This document shows positions 63,146-64,000 of a stretch of DNA of 64,000 bases, piece after piece (position 1 is the first letter of the stretch; every line of letters begins with the position of its first letter). Source of the DNA: the human T2T-CHM13v2.0 reference genome, Homo sapiens. The stretch lies in NCBI RefSeq assembly GCF_009914755.1, contig NC_060942.1. One strand, given 5' to 3'. The translations under genes and the position numbers were made by a program. The notes below the pieces were generated by a model that had not been told where the DNA came from, searched no databases, and saw nothing but the letters and a program-made list of their open reading frames with translations.

Positions 63146-63680
63146 TGCGGTTTTTTTCCCAAAAGTAAGCATTGTACTTTTCTAATCTGTCGGAATGAAC
63201 ATATTTGAATCTATTAAACTAGTCTAAGAAAATGCTGCTTACTATAACAGCTCTAAAATCATTCTGACTCCTAAGAAACTCAGAGTAGAGAAAAGCATGT
63301 CCCAACAGATCACAAAAGCTTACTATGGGTTATGCATATGGTTTCAAACATATTTGCACTAAATGGAATATTAGTCTTTCTAGATATACACAATTACACT
63401 TAGCTTTTGCATCTGATTTTAATTGGATTTTAATTTTGCTTCCTCTAAAGTGCTAATTTAAATAGGGCAGGTAAAGTAGATGCTACAATTACTAATGCTT
63501 TCCAATGAAATGAAGGCAAGCTAATTCCAGCAAAGAAAAATCTGCCATATGCTGTTAAATTTCTAGACAAGTAAAACATTACTAAATTAAGTTGATTAGT
63601 AGAGATCACTCTATATTCATGTGAAATGTGACCACAGTATATTTAGGGATGAATCCTTTCCTTTTGAAGAATGTAAACTG

Positions 63681-63986
<306 letters not shown>

Positions 63987-64000
63987 TTAAGTTAATCTCT

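Overview
Primate (most likely human) genomic DNA that reads as intronic or 5'-regulatory sequence. There is no intact protein-coding gene, no RNA gene and no CRISPR or prokaryotic feature. It is dominated by interspersed repeats: the 3' part of an L1PA4-like element, two older L1s, about 31 Alus, MaLR/ERV LTRs, DNA transposons, and L2/MIR fragments. Nearly all long ORFs in the track come from L1 ORF2, Alu or microsatellites. Non-repeat signals point to a minus-strand transcription unit that I could not name: a GC-box promoter near 50850, a candidate first exon ending at 50660, and two frame-preserving micro-exon candidates (36 nt at 15730-15765, 24 nt at 6289-6312). There is also a possible plus-strand antisense spliced transcript. 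The clearest oddities are repair and retrotransposition scars: a 69-bp copied Alu/flank junction, a 90-bp inverted duplication between two old LTRs, an L1 3' transduction, a twin-priming-like inversion and a templated 21-nt insertion. I see no evidence for a new biological system. Repeat subfamily names come from recalled consensus sequences and need RepeatMasker/Dfam confirmation.
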